Both the position numbers and the translations under genes were made by a program. From contig JAEOSU010000038.1 of the NCBI GenBank assembly GCA_016840165.1, positions 25,816 to 89,815 of the forward strand: 64,000 bases of DNA, given 5' to 3'. How positions within the stretch are numbered: the stretch's first letter is position 1; the number at the start of each line of letters is the position of its first letter. This DNA is from Promethearchaeota archaeon. GTDB lineage: Archaea; Asgardarchaeota; Lokiarchaeia; Sigyniarchaeales; SOKP01. Shown piece after piece: positions 39,336-49,787 of the stretch. The notes beneath the pieces were generated by a model. The model was not told the DNA's origin and did no database searches. It saw nothing but the letters and a program-made list of their open reading frames with translations.

Positions 39336-40658
39336 ATGGTTAATGTATTAATTATTGGTCATGGAGCCCGAGAACATGTCATTGCTGAAGCTTTAGTAGA
39401 AAGTGGGGCGAATTTATGGGCATTTATGAGCTTTAAAAATGCTGGTTTAGAGGACTTGAGTCAAGGAAAGATGAAAATTCATTCAGAGACCGATTTTAAA
39501 GAAATTATATCCTTTGCTAAACAGCAAAATATAGATTTTGCAGTTATTGGTCCAGAAGCTCCTTTAGTAGTAGGGATAGTAGATGCTTTAGAAAAAAGTG
39601 AGATTCCGTGCATAGGACCGAAAATTGAGGCAGCTCAAATTGAGGGCTCAAAAATATTTATGCGAAACCTATTAGATAAATATAATATCAAATCAAATGT
39701 TCAAAGTAAAGGATTCGATTCTTTGAAAGGAGTAGAAGATTACCTTAATCAAATGGGCGAGGAAAATATTGTTGTTAAACCTGATGGTCTAACAGGTGGT
39801 AAAGGTGTTAAAGTATATGGAGATCATCTTTTATCTATGAATGATATTATTAACTATTGCAAGGAATTAATCGCTAAAGGTAACTCATTTTTATTAGAGG
39901 AAAAATGTGAAGGAGAGGAATTTACACTTCAAACATTTTGTGATGGAAAAAAGGTAATTGGAACGCCCTTGGTTCAAGATCATAAAAGAGCCTATGAAGG
40001 TGATGAGGGACCTAACACTGGAGGAATGGGCAGCTATTCTATGGAAGATCATCTTATGCCTTTTATTACTAAAGCTGATATTGAAACATCTCTTAATGAC
40101 ATGCAAAAAGTAGTTTCTGCAATTAAAACGGAAACGGGAGTAAAGTATAAGGGATTTTTATATGGGCAGTTCATGAAAACGAGGAACGGGATTAAATTGA
40201 TAGAATACAATGCACGATTGGGAGATCCAGAGGCAATGAATATATTACCTCTATTAAAAACAAATTTCGTTGATATTTGTTATGGAATTATAGAGGAAAA
40301 TCTTAAGTTAGATATCGATTTCATGAATTATGCTACTGTATGCAAATACTTAGCACCCGAAGGTTATCCTGTTTCTCCTTTAAAAGATCAGCTTATTGAA
40401 ATCGATAAAAATAGAATTGAATCAACTGGAGCAAAATATTATTATGCTTCCGTTTACCGAAAAGATGGACAAGTATATACAACCACATCTCGAGCGATGG
40501 GTGTTTTAGGAATTTCAGATACTTTAGAAAAAGCAGAAGATATTTCTGAAAAGGGAGTAAAATGTATATCAGGTAAGTTATTTCATAGAAAAGATGTAGG
40601 TACAGAAAAATTATTGCAGAAAAGAATCAATCATATGAAATCAATTTTAAACCAATGA
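39336..40658 (+). CDS. purD: Phosphoribosylamine--glycine ligase
   Basis: IGHGAREH, IGPEAPL, KPDGLTGGKGV, QDHKR..EGD.GPNTGGMG, EYNARLGDPE. Confidence 0.97.
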   Translation: MVNVLIIGHGAREHVIAEALVESGANLWAFMSFKNAGLEDLSQGKMKIHSETDFKEIISFAKQQNIDFAVIGPEAPLVVGIVDALEKSEIPCIGPKIEAAQIEGSKIFMRNLLDKYNIKSNVQSKGFDSLKGVEDYLNQMGEENIVVKPDGLTGGKGVKVYGDHLLSMNDIINYCKELIAKGNSFLLEEKCEGEEFTLQTFCDGKKVIGTPLVQDHKRAYEGDEGPNTGGMGSYSMEDHLMPFITKADIETSLNDMQKVVSAIKTETGVKYKGFLYGQFMKTRNGIKLIEYNARLGDPEAMNILPLLKTNFVDICYGIIEENLKLDIDFMNYATVCKYLAPEGYPVSPLKDQLIEIDKNRIESTGAKYYYASVYRKDGQVYTTTSRAMGVLGISDTLEKAEDISEKGVKCISGKLFHRKDVGTEKLLQKRINHMKSILNQ

Positions 40659-40753
40659 TTTTTTTCTTGAATTATTTTATACATTCCACTTAATATTTTA
40701 TATTTTATAATGAATAAATTATAAAAGATTGAGGATTAATTCTACGTAGTAAA

Positions 40754-41254
40754 ATGGATTGGAATAGCCGAAATGCAAAATTTAATGCACTGATAAATCA
40801 ATTATTTCATGGTAAAGGATGGAATAATAGAGCAAATGCAGCCTTAGAATTAGGACTTTTAAAAGATGCGAGAGCAGTAAATCTTCTATGTCGTGCCTTA
40901 CAATCAGAGCGAGATCCTGGGGTATTAAATAATATCATTGAAGCATTGGGAAGGATTGGAGACCCAAAGGCAACATTACGTATTATAGAAAAATTAAAGG
41001 AAGAGATTAATCATTTTAAGAATAATAGAATGCAATTTGACAAATTAAAAGTTATAATCATTATTGAAAGCTTAAAGAAAATCAAAGATAAAAGAGCATT
41101 ACCATTTATTAGCTACTTTTTGAACTCTCCGGTAGAAGAATTGAAAATTTTATCAGAACAAGCATTCGATACTATTGAACCTGATTGGCGGACTATTATT
41201 GATAAAGAACGAGAAGAAAAATCAATCCAAGATATTTTTAAAGTCAACCTATAA
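40754..41254 (+). CDS. HEAT-repeat (PBS-lyase-like) protein
   Basis: RANAALELG..D.RAV, IEALGRIGDPKA. Confidence 0.85.
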   Translation: MDWNSRNAKFNALINQLFHGKGWNNRANAALELGLLKDARAVNLLCRALQSERDPGVLNNIIEALGRIGDPKATLRIIEKLKEEINHFKNNRMQFDKLKVIIIIESLKKIKDKRALPFISYFLNSPVEELKILSEQAFDTIEPDWRTIIDKEREEKSIQDIFKVNL

Positions 41255-41271
41255 ATTTTTTACTTCTAAAT

Positions 41272-41901
41272 TTATTCGATTTTTTCATTATCTGAGAAAT
41301 ATTGTTTAAAAAACTTCTTTCCTTTTTTCATTGAATTTAATCGGCTTAAACTCATGAAATATTGTAATAAAAAGCTAATTAGCGATAAAATAATTAAGAA
41401 CCAAATAGAAATATATATTGCGGGCATTGAAATGAATAAATTTCTTGTCAAATACATGAAGATGATACCAAATACTGATATTAATAAGTTGAGTTTTATG
41501 CGATTGGACTTAACCTTAAGATTTTTAATGAGTTTATGACTCTTAAGACTTTCATAACAGCTACAACAAATCAAGGGTATTTCGATGTTAAATCTCTCCT
41601 TTAAATAAAGTTTCTGTATCACCGATAACATACGATCAATAGAGTTTCCACAGAATTTACAAATAAAAAAATGTCTTTTTGTTCTATCTATCTCAATTCT
41701 ATCGATTTCTTTTCGGGGAAAATAACAGTCATTATTAAGATAATGTTGACATGTTTTACATGTTAAAAGAATTTCCATCTGCTTTTCTTGGAGTATATTT
41801 TTATGGGGTATAGCGAAAAAGGAATAATTGGAGTGATATTGACAAATGACACGACCCTTCTCGTCAATCTCGAATGATGGTTCTATGAAAGACATCTTCA
41901 A
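41272..41901 (-). CDS. Cys-rich (zinc-binding) protein with two C-terminal TM helices
   Basis: CxxH, CxxC, CKFC, CCSC; two hydrophobic segments. Confidence 0.65.
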   Translation of the reverse strand: MKMSFIEPSFEIDEKGRVICQYHSNYSFFAIPHKNILQEKQMEILLTCKTCQHYLNNDCYFPRKEIDRIEIDRTKRHFFICKFCGNSIDRMLSVIQKLYLKERFNIEIPLICCSCYESLKSHKLIKNLKVKSNRIKLNLLISVFGIIFMYLTRNLFISMPAIYISIWFLIILSLISFLLQYFMSLSRLNSMKKGKKFFKQYFSDNEKIE

Positions 41902-42115
41902 ATATTCTATAGTGAATATTCATATAACTATTTATCTCTAATAGGATTAAAATTGCTCACTTGCTTAAATTATAAAAAATAAGTTGCGTTTACAGATGCG
42001 TAAAATAATAAATTTCAGTATCAATATAGATCATAAATCCTATTAATTTTTATTAATAGGATATAAGCATTAATATTAATGAAGTATAGATTAGAAAAAT
42101 TGAAGTAATGCGAAA

Positions 42116-44929
42116 ATGACATCCATTTCAAATAAGTTATATGATATAGGAAAGGTAATATTTGAATCTCTTGATGATCTTATCTATATACTTAGTGAAG
42201 ATTATATTTGTGAATTTTTAAACAAACCTATCCATGAAAAACGATTAGGTTATGATTCCCTCGGTGAGAAATTCCAAGACTTTGTCCATTTCCAAGATAT
42301 TAAAAAGTTAAATAAGTTTTTCTTTAAACTTAAAGAGACTGGGATGGCAAATGAGCAATTACGAATCAAAGATAAAAAAGGCTATAGTTATTATGATATT
42401 AGGGGTAATAAATTCTTTGATGAATCATCAAATCCAAAATTCTTTTTACAACTTAAAGATATTACTGAGTTTAAAGCTATCGAGACGAAGCTATTTAATC
42501 GTTTAGAAAAATTAAAAGATTTAGCTGAAACTCTTCCAGAAATTAGATTTTGGAATCTTATGCAAGCGACGACTACGAAAAAGGCCTTACAACGCACCAG
42601 AGAAATGTTAGGAAAGGTAATCGATAACATTCCCCAATTACTATATTGGAAGGATAAAGAATTAAATTATATAGGATGTAATCTCAATTATGGACTGATT
42701 AATGAGCTTGAATCACCTCAAGAGATAATAGGGAAAAAAGCTGATGATTTACCTTGGATGCGACAATATAGATCTGTAGTTCAAGAAAAAGAAAGAAAGG
42801 TTATGAAAGAAAATAAAGCTCAACACCAAATTGAATCATGGGATTTTCCTAACGGCGAAAGGAAGCATTTTGAAGTCAATAGAATTCCGCTTCATAATTT
42901 AGAAAGAGAAGTTATCGGTATTTTAGTAAGTTATAATGATATTTCGAGTAGAATTAAGGCAGAAGAAAAGTTCAAAAAATCTGAAAGAAAATATAAAGAC
43001 ATTATTGAAAATATCCAAGAAGGCTATTTTGAAGTTGATCTCAAGGGTAACTTTACATTTTTCAATGAAACCTTTAGGGCGATATCAGGTTATTCAAAAG
43101 AAGAGTTATTAGGTAAAAATTTTCGTGAATTGACAGATAATGAAAATGCGGAACAAATACTAAAATGCTATAATGAGGTTTATAAAACAGAGCAAAAAAA
43201 GAAAAATCTCATGTTCAAATATTTTAATAAACAGAAACAAACAGCTATAATGGAGCATTCAGTCGATTTAATTTATGATTCTGATGGAAATAAAATTGGA
43301 TTTTTTGGACTAGGAAGAGATATTACCGAGAAGTATAATTTAGAGCAAGAATTAAAGCAATCAGAAGCAATGTACCGCCTCATTACAGAGAACGCCTATG
43401 ATTTGATTTCAATTATAAATCAAAAACTCAGGTTTGAATACGTAAATGAAGGACCTTTTTTATCAATTTTGGGTTACTCTAAGGAGGAAATGGTTGGTAA
43501 ATCTGTTTTAAATCTAATATTTCCCCAAGACAGGAAGGAAAGCCTTAAAGTTTTGACAGAAGGCTTAAAAAGAGGGGAAGGAATATTAGAAACAAGGATA
43601 AGACATAAAAATGGGAATTTATTATGGGTTGAGGTGAAGGGAAAAGCATTCCATGATAGAGATGGAAAGCTAAAAGGAATATTAACTGGGAAAGATATTA
43701 CTGAAAGGAAACTGGCTGAAGAAAAATTAAAAATACTCAATCAAGAGCAAGAATTAATTATTCAAGAAAAAACTAAGGAACTTAGGGATTCTGAAGAGAA
43801 ATTCCGACATCTATATGAAAACTCGCCATATGGCATAATTTTACTTAATGCTGAAGGAGATATTATAGAATGCAATAATGCAATTTCGGAAATATTTGGA
43901 TATAAACAGGAAGAACTGGTTGGTAAAAATTATTTGGATTTATTAAGTGTGTATCCTCAAGAAACTAAGCCCTTATTGAGAAAGATGAGTTATTTGCTTT
44001 CAAAAAATCAACATGTTGACCCAATTTTTAAGCCACAGATGATTAGAATTTTTAAAAAAGATAGAAGTGAATGTTGGGTTGATTCTGAAATTTCATTAAT
44101 ACGTTTAGGTGATGAGATTATCTTCCAACTAATAATTCAAGATATAACTGAGAAGAAAAAAGCAGAAGAGATGTTAAAACAATCGGAACAATTATTAAGA
44201 ACACAATATGCAGAATTAAAAGAATTAGACAGATTAAAGACTGATTTTATTAGTATAGCAGCACACGAGTTAAAAACTCCATTGATTTCGGTCGGAGGTT
44301 ATGTTGATTTAATACTATTACGAGAGAAGGAATTAAAAAAAGAAATAAAAGAAGATCTTAATCGGGTTTTAAATAACGTCCATAGATTAGAAGAATACAT
44401 TAATCGCCTATTAGATGTTTTAAAGATTGATGCTAGAAAAATGGAGCTTGTAATGAAGCCAGTAAACATTTTTAGAGTCATTGAAAGTAGTTTACAAGAA
44501 TTAGATTTTCAGATAAATCAAAAAGAGTTGGAAATAATTATTAATGTTGATAAAGGTATAATGATCAACGGTGATTCCTTTAGGATTCAACAAGTATTTT
44601 CCAACTTGCTTTCTAATGCGATTAAATTTACACAAAAACAAGGATTTATTAACATTTCAGCAATTCTTGATAATAATTATTATACAATAAAAATCGAGGA
44701 TAATGGTAAAGGGTTAACGGAAGATGGGATAAGCCAGTTATTTACCAAATTTGTTACTCTAGAAAAAACCTCTGAAAACTTTTCTACACTCGAAAAAGGA
44801 AGTGGATTGGGGCTCTATATAGCAAAAGGAATTATCGAGGCTCATATGGGTAAAATCTGGGTAACAAGTGAAGGATTAAATAAAGGATCCAAGTTTTTTT
44901 TTACATTACCAGCTATAAATGGGAATTAA
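42116..44929 (+). CDS. Multi-PAS sensor histidine kinase (cytoplasmic)
   Basis: ~5 PAS/PAC repeats (DITERK.AEE); H box AAHELKTPL; N box NLLSNAIKF; G boxes DNGKG, GSGLGL. Confidence 0.95.
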   Translation: MTSISNKLYDIGKVIFESLDDLIYILSEDYICEFLNKPIHEKRLGYDSLGEKFQDFVHFQDIKKLNKFFFKLKETGMANEQLRIKDKKGYSYYDIRGNKFFDESSNPKFFLQLKDITEFKAIETKLFNRLEKLKDLAETLPEIRFWNLMQATTTKKALQRTREMLGKVIDNIPQLLYWKDKELNYIGCNLNYGLINELESPQEIIGKKADDLPWMRQYRSVVQEKERKVMKENKAQHQIESWDFPNGERKHFEVNRIPLHNLEREVIGILVSYNDISSRIKAEEKFKKSERKYKDIIENIQEGYFEVDLKGNFTFFNETFRAISGYSKEELLGKNFRELTDNENAEQILKCYNEVYKTEQKKKNLMFKYFNKQKQTAIMEHSVDLIYDSDGNKIGFFGLGRDITEKYNLEQELKQSEAMYRLITENAYDLISIINQKLRFEYVNEGPFLSILGYSKEEMVGKSVLNLIFPQDRKESLKVLTEGLKRGEGILETRIRHKNGNLLWVEVKGKAFHDRDGKLKGILTGKDITERKLAEEKLKILNQEQELIIQEKTKELRDSEEKFRHLYENSPYGIILLNAEGDIIECNNAISEIFGYKQEELVGKNYLDLLSVYPQETKPLLRKMSYLLSKNQHVDPIFKPQMIRIFKKDRSECWVDSEISLIRLGDEIIFQLIIQDITEKKKAEEMLKQSEQLLRTQYAELKELDRLKTDFISIAAHELKTPLISVGGYVDLILLREKELKKEIKEDLNRVLNNVHRLEEYINRLLDVLKIDARKMELVMKPVNIFRVIESSLQELDFQINQKELEIIINVDKGIMINGDSFRIQQVFSNLLSNAIKFTQKQGFINISAILDNNYYTIKIEDNGKGLTEDGISQLFTKFVTLEKTSENFSTLEKGSGLGLYIAKGIIEAHMGKIWVTSEGLNKGSKFFFTLPAINGN

Positions 44930-45067
44930 GTATTAGTGGCTCATTAACAATCGCTAAAATATTTAATTTTCTTTTATAATTGTTAAGAAATTAATGGAAC
45001 TGTTTTCGTTTAAAGTATCAAAAATCATTTATTTATAAATAGAAAAAAGCAAAATAGATTTTATTAT

Positions 45068-47239
45068 ATGTCTACATTAATTATTTCTGAGAAAAATAAA
45101 GCTGCTCAAGCAATCGCAGAAGCATTAGGAACTGTTAAAGTTATCAAGGAAAATAAAATAAATGTATATTCAATTCCATCAAAAAACATATTTGTAATCC
45201 CCTTAAGAGGACATTTACTTGAATATCGGAATACAGATCAATATAAGGATTGGAAAAATCCTCCACCCCGTGAAATAATCGTCGATCAGCACGCAATAAA
45301 GAAAGTGCCTATTAATTATGCGGGAACTTATATAAAAGTGTTAAAAGATTATGCTAAAATTGCTCAAAAGTGCATTATTGGTACTGATGCAGATATAGAA
45401 GGTGTAAATATCGGTTTATTTGATGCCTTGCCATATATAAAAAGAGTAAAACCTGACATTAAAGTCTCCCAGTTATGGCTTAGTTCTCTACAGAAAGAGG
45501 AAGTAGTTAGAAAATATCAAAATCTCATCTCTCCTAAATTCAATTGGGGGGCTTCAGGTGAAGCTAGAGCTGTAATTGATGCGATTATTGGATTCTCTGC
45601 TACACGTGAGCTTACTAATACGTTGAAGCCATTATTAACCGCTTATAAAGTAGGTTTCACTTCAATTGGGCGTGTTCAGACTAGTTTATTATATCTTATC
45701 TATAAGCGAGAAAAGGAAATAAAAGACTTTGAGCCAGAACCCTATTTTATTATCGAAGCGATATTAATTCATAAAAAAGGGACCATCACGGCTCAACATG
45801 ATTTAAATCCGTTTTCTAAAGAGAATGGGTTAAAAGCAAAATTAATTTATGAAAAGATTAAAAATGAAACTATAGCCTATATTATCGATAATTCTAAAAA
45901 AGTTAACAAAAGACCTCCACCATCTCCATTAAATACTTCAAAAGCATTAGTACTCTTAACGCGGAATTTGAAAATTTCTGCCGATATAGCATTGAAGGCT
46001 ATGAACAGTTTATATCTAAATAAAATTATTACTTATCCAAGGACAGAAAGTGATATTTATAAATCTAATTTTGACCATTCAACCTTGCTAAAGAAATTTA
46101 TGAACCATTCACAATGCGGGAGTTATACAAGACAATTAATTGCTAAGAATAGAATTATCCCCATTTCGAAAGGCAAAAAAGATGAGGGTGATCATCCTCC
46201 TATAACACCATTAGAATCATTGGAATTAACTGATAAGAGATTTGAAAATGAACTTCAGCAGAAGGTATATAATATATTAAGCCGGCATTATCTAGCTTTA
46301 TTTGGAGAAGATGCTCTTGAAGCTAAACAGGAATTACGGCTTCAAATTAAAGAGGAAAATTTCAAAGCAAGGGTTGTTTCGCTTATTAAAGAGGGATATC
46401 TTGAAATTGCTCCTTTTTTGAAACCTCATTATAGTGCAGAGATTCAAATTTCAGGAACAAGCTTACCAATTAAGGAAATAAATTTAGAGAAAAAAATGAC
46501 AAAACCTCCTCCCCGTTATCAAGATCCCTCATTATTAAAGCTAATGGAAAAGAATCATTTAGGTACGAAATCAACCCGACCCCAAATAATTAGAATCTTA
46601 CAAAACCGAAAGTTGATTTATCGAAAGAAGTATCAATACATCATTACGGATTTAGGGCAATTCTTAATTGAGAGTTTAATCAAGGTATGGCTTCCATTCT
46701 TGGAACCAAATTTCACGAGGATGGTGGAAGAAAAGCTAAATTTAATTGTCACTGGCGTAAAATCAATGGATGAGGTTATAAAAGAGGTAAAAACACTATT
46801 TTTAAATCTCTTTGATAAATTCCTCGCAAATAAAAAAAATTTAGAAAATGAAGTAAAAGATCGTATTAAAATGAAACCACTAAATGCCTTCTCATCTCAG
46901 AGAAAACCCGCTTCAACAAGTTCGCCTTGTCCTTTTTGTCAAAAGAGCCCTATGGAATTCATAAATCTCAAGACTAAGAGGTTTTTAGTTTGCGTTGATC
47001 AGAACTGTAAAAAATATCTTTCGCTACCTAAAAAAGGAAGATTAATATTACTAAAATCTCAATGCAGAATTTGTGGCTTTAATATTTTCAAGGTTTCATT
47101 ACGGAAAAATAACAAATCATTTATTTATTATCTTTGCCCAAAGTGTTGGAATGAGGGATTAAATGAAAAAAATGGAAAAGGTTTTTGTTCAGCTTGTGAG
47201 AATTTTAAAATAATGAATGATAAATGCGTGGAAAAATAA
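45068..47239 (+). CDS. topA: Type IA DNA topoisomerase (archaeal TopA/TopoIII-like) with C-terminal Zn fingers
   Basis: TOPRIM IISEK, TDADIEG; GRVQT; active site ITYPRT; DHPPITP; LGTKSTR. Confidence 0.93.
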   Translation: MSTLIISEKNKAAQAIAEALGTVKVIKENKINVYSIPSKNIFVIPLRGHLLEYRNTDQYKDWKNPPPREIIVDQHAIKKVPINYAGTYIKVLKDYAKIAQKCIIGTDADIEGVNIGLFDALPYIKRVKPDIKVSQLWLSSLQKEEVVRKYQNLISPKFNWGASGEARAVIDAIIGFSATRELTNTLKPLLTAYKVGFTSIGRVQTSLLYLIYKREKEIKDFEPEPYFIIEAILIHKKGTITAQHDLNPFSKENGLKAKLIYEKIKNETIAYIIDNSKKVNKRPPPSPLNTSKALVLLTRNLKISADIALKAMNSLYLNKIITYPRTESDIYKSNFDHSTLLKKFMNHSQCGSYTRQLIAKNRIIPISKGKKDEGDHPPITPLESLELTDKRFENELQQKVYNILSRHYLALFGEDALEAKQELRLQIKEENFKARVVSLIKEGYLEIAPFLKPHYSAEIQISGTSLPIKEINLEKKMTKPPPRYQDPSLLKLMEKNHLGTKSTRPQIIRILQNRKLIYRKKYQYIITDLGQFLIESLIKVWLPFLEPNFTRMVEEKLNLIVTGVKSMDEVIKEVKTLFLNLFDKFLANKKNLENEVKDRIKMKPLNAFSSQRKPASTSSPCPFCQKSPMEFINLKTKRFLVCVDQNCKKYLSLPKKGRLILLKSQCRICGFNIFKVSLRKNNKSFIYYLCPKCWNEGLNEKNGKGFCSACENFKIMNDKCVEK

Positions 47240-47289
47240 GATAGATATAATTTATTTAATATTTTAAAAGAGAGGTAGTAAAAAAAGAA

Positions 47290-47658
47290 TTAATCCGTAT
47301 TATCAAATCGATATTTATTATAGGCTGCTCTTGTTAGCCCAACATAATTATCAGAAATTTTATAATATAATTTTCCATCCATCACTTTTTTCTCTACATA
47401 ATCATTCTTTAATGCATGATTGAGGGAATTTACCATAGTTCCAAGGGTTACCGCGCCCATATACTTCTGCTGTTTTTTTGCCATGCGAATTAATTCTAAC
47501 TCTGAGTGCCAATTTCCATCTAATAGTTCCATTAAAATTCCATTCTTTACTGGCGTCTTTATATCTTTAATTTTATTAAAAAGATAAGAATAGTCAGGTC
47601 TATAATACTTTTTAAGTAGCTTAGCTTGAACAAAATCATTATTATCGGGATTTTCCAT
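47290..47658 (-). CDS. Winged-helix protein
   Basis: ILMELLDGNWHSELELIR...VEKK..DGKLYYKI. Confidence 0.6.
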   Translation of the reverse strand: MENPDNNDFVQAKLLKKYYRPDYSYLFNKIKDIKTPVKNGILMELLDGNWHSELELIRMAKKQQKYMGAVTLGTMVNSLNHALKNDYVEKKVMDGKLYYKISDNYVGLTRAAYNKYRFDNTD

Positions 47659-47790
47659 ATATGATCACACTCACTAAATTTAATTTAGTTCTATGATATA
47701 ATATCGGAATAATATTTTTAATGAGTTGTAATATGCTTGTAATACAAAAGTGTTCAGATTTTTAATTAATTGGAACAGTATTAATAAGCA

Positions 47791-48906
47791 TTACAATAAA
47801 CCTTCAGGTACTCCGTCCTTGAAATATTGTGCTCTAGTTATCCAGTTTTTGGAAAATTCGGGGATCATTGCTAATATGGAACCACCAACCCATACTGAGA
47901 AAACTCTTTCCCGAGGAGCGATTATTTTAATCGTTTGACTCTTTTTTTTTCTTTTTGCTAATCCCACTTCCAATTCCTGATAGATTCGGGATTTGATGTT
48001 TTGAAACATAGAAGATCCTCCTGATAGAAATATATTATTTAATAGATCGGGTCTAATATCAAGATCACACATTTCAATTACGTCTAATATTGCTTCTGGC
48101 AGCGAAATCTCTTCTAATTCTGGAGTTGGATTAAACAATAATTCAGGTACTTGAAACCTTTCCTTGCCAAGCGTGATAGTGGAGCCATCGGGAAGTGAAT
48201 ATGGTTTTTCATATTGTTCAACCCTTTTTAGATCCTCTTTATAATCGAGAGAAACAAAACATGCTTTTTCTTTTAATGCCCTTACTAATTCTCGACGTAT
48301 CGAGGAATCGGCTGAGTAACCGGTTTCCCCTAAGATCTTTTCCATATAACGAGTAAGGGTTCTGCCCCCGGTTTCTAAATATTTAATTGCATGATCCAAT
48401 TTATACCCTTCATAAATAGGAACAATTCTGGTAATACTATCTCCAATTTCAATAACTAAACCTGTTTGAAATCCTCCAGAATAAAGAGTTAACATTGAAT
48501 CTAATACAGGATAAAACGCCATACACTGATAATGTTCTAAAAATAATTCAAATAATTTCTCTAAATCCTTTCTAGGAAAAAATGGATGCGTGGCAAATAA
48601 AACGTTCACTAGGCTTGGATCAACTCGTAAATTATAAAAGATATAATCAATAATTTTTTCAAAATATCCCCAATCTTGGATAATCCCTTTTTCAATAGGA
48701 TAGAATATTTTATACAATCCTAGTGATTGGATCTCATCTCCAATAAAATATTCGTCCTTTTTAATTCCACCGTAATCAAAATCAATTTGTTGATATTTTG
48801 ATTGACCCACTATTGTAAAAAAGACTAAACTTGGATTGTCTTCCCCTGCAAACCCACATTTGGTTGCAAACTGCCCAATATCTAAGATTACAGTTAGATT
48901 AGCCAT
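47791..48906 (-). CDS. Actin-family protein (divergent Asgard actin-related protein)
   Basis: ILDIG..TKCGFAGEDNP, YPIE.G...DW, VPIYEGY, KEKACFV, YSLPDG, ERFQVPELLFNP, LSGGSSMF, SVWVGGSILA. Confidence 0.96.
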   Translation of the reverse strand: MANLTVILDIGQFATKCGFAGEDNPSLVFFTIVGQSKYQQIDFDYGGIKKDEYFIGDEIQSLGLYKIFYPIEKGIIQDWGYFEKIIDYIFYNLRVDPSLVNVLFATHPFFPRKDLEKLFELFLEHYQCMAFYPVLDSMLTLYSGGFQTGLVIEIGDSITRIVPIYEGYKLDHAIKYLETGGRTLTRYMEKILGETGYSADSSIRRELVRALKEKACFVSLDYKEDLKRVEQYEKPYSLPDGSTITLGKERFQVPELLFNPTPELEEISLPEAILDVIEMCDLDIRPDLLNNIFLSGGSSMFQNIKSRIYQELEVGLAKRKKKSQTIKIIAPRERVFSVWVGGSILAMIPEFSKNWITRAQYFKDGVPEGLL

Positions 48907-48954
48907 GAAAGTTGAATGAATTTAATGTTACTATATTCTATGATAAGATATTCT

Positions 48955-49701
48955 TTATACTAATAAAATCTTTAGGGGAGTATAGGTTGTTTCTGGGATA
49001 AATGATTCCCCATATGAAGAATCAATTTCGTTACCGCGTAAGATTGCAGTATCTTCTGCCCAATCTAAGACTCTCTCTAATACTTCTTTTTGAGAAGTAT
49101 ACACTTGTGAAAAGATTTCTTTCTTTTTCATCCAATAATGTTCAATATCAACAATTATGAATACTGAGCCTTCAATATATTGAAACTTACATGAAGGTGA
49201 TTCATAATAGTAAACACCATGAGGTTTCCAACTTCGCTCATGGCCTCCATATGCTTTGCCACTGGAACAATGATAGATTGCTTCCCTTGTTATTAAGGAT
49301 AAATTACGATGTACGCGGTGAAAATCAGAAAAATGGGGTATAAGAATGATATTTGGACGCAAATCACGGATCAAATTAGTTATTTGCGAGACCTTATTAC
49401 GTGTTATCTGCAAATCGGTGTAACTCAAACCCACTATCTTACAATTCAAGATTTTTTGGATAGCATCTAATTCAATTTTTCTTTGAGCAAGTATCCGGTC
49501 TTTCTGTTCATTTTTAGCATATCCTCCTAAACCCGATGTTGCTACTACAATGATGATTTCTGAGCCCAACTCTTGGTACTTAAGTAAAGTTCCTCCACAT
49601 GAAATAATCTCATCATCAGGATGCCCTGCAAACACCATAATTCGTTTTGGTACTACAATGGGGATATTTGTATCACAAATGAGATATTGATTTTGCTCCA
49701 T
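48955..49701 (-). CDS. PIG-L family (LmbE/BshB-like) N-deacetylase
   Basis: AGHPDDE, GGTL, DFHRVH, YTSQ, GESF. Confidence 0.92.
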   Translation of the reverse strand: MEQNQYLICDTNIPIVVPKRIMVFAGHPDDEIISCGGTLLKYQELGSEIIIVVATSGLGGYAKNEQKDRILAQRKIELDAIQKILNCKIVGLSYTDLQITRNKVSQITNLIRDLRPNIILIPHFSDFHRVHRNLSLITREAIYHCSSGKAYGGHERSWKPHGVYYYESPSCKFQYIEGSVFIIVDIEHYWMKKKEIFSQVYTSQKEVLERVLDWAEDTAILRGNEIDSSYGESFIPETTYTPLKILLV

Positions 49702-49787
49702 AAATAAATGAATGAATTTAATAGGTTAAAAAAGTTATGACAACAAATCAGGAAAAAGTAAACGTGAGAAAGAAAGCTGTTTTGTTT

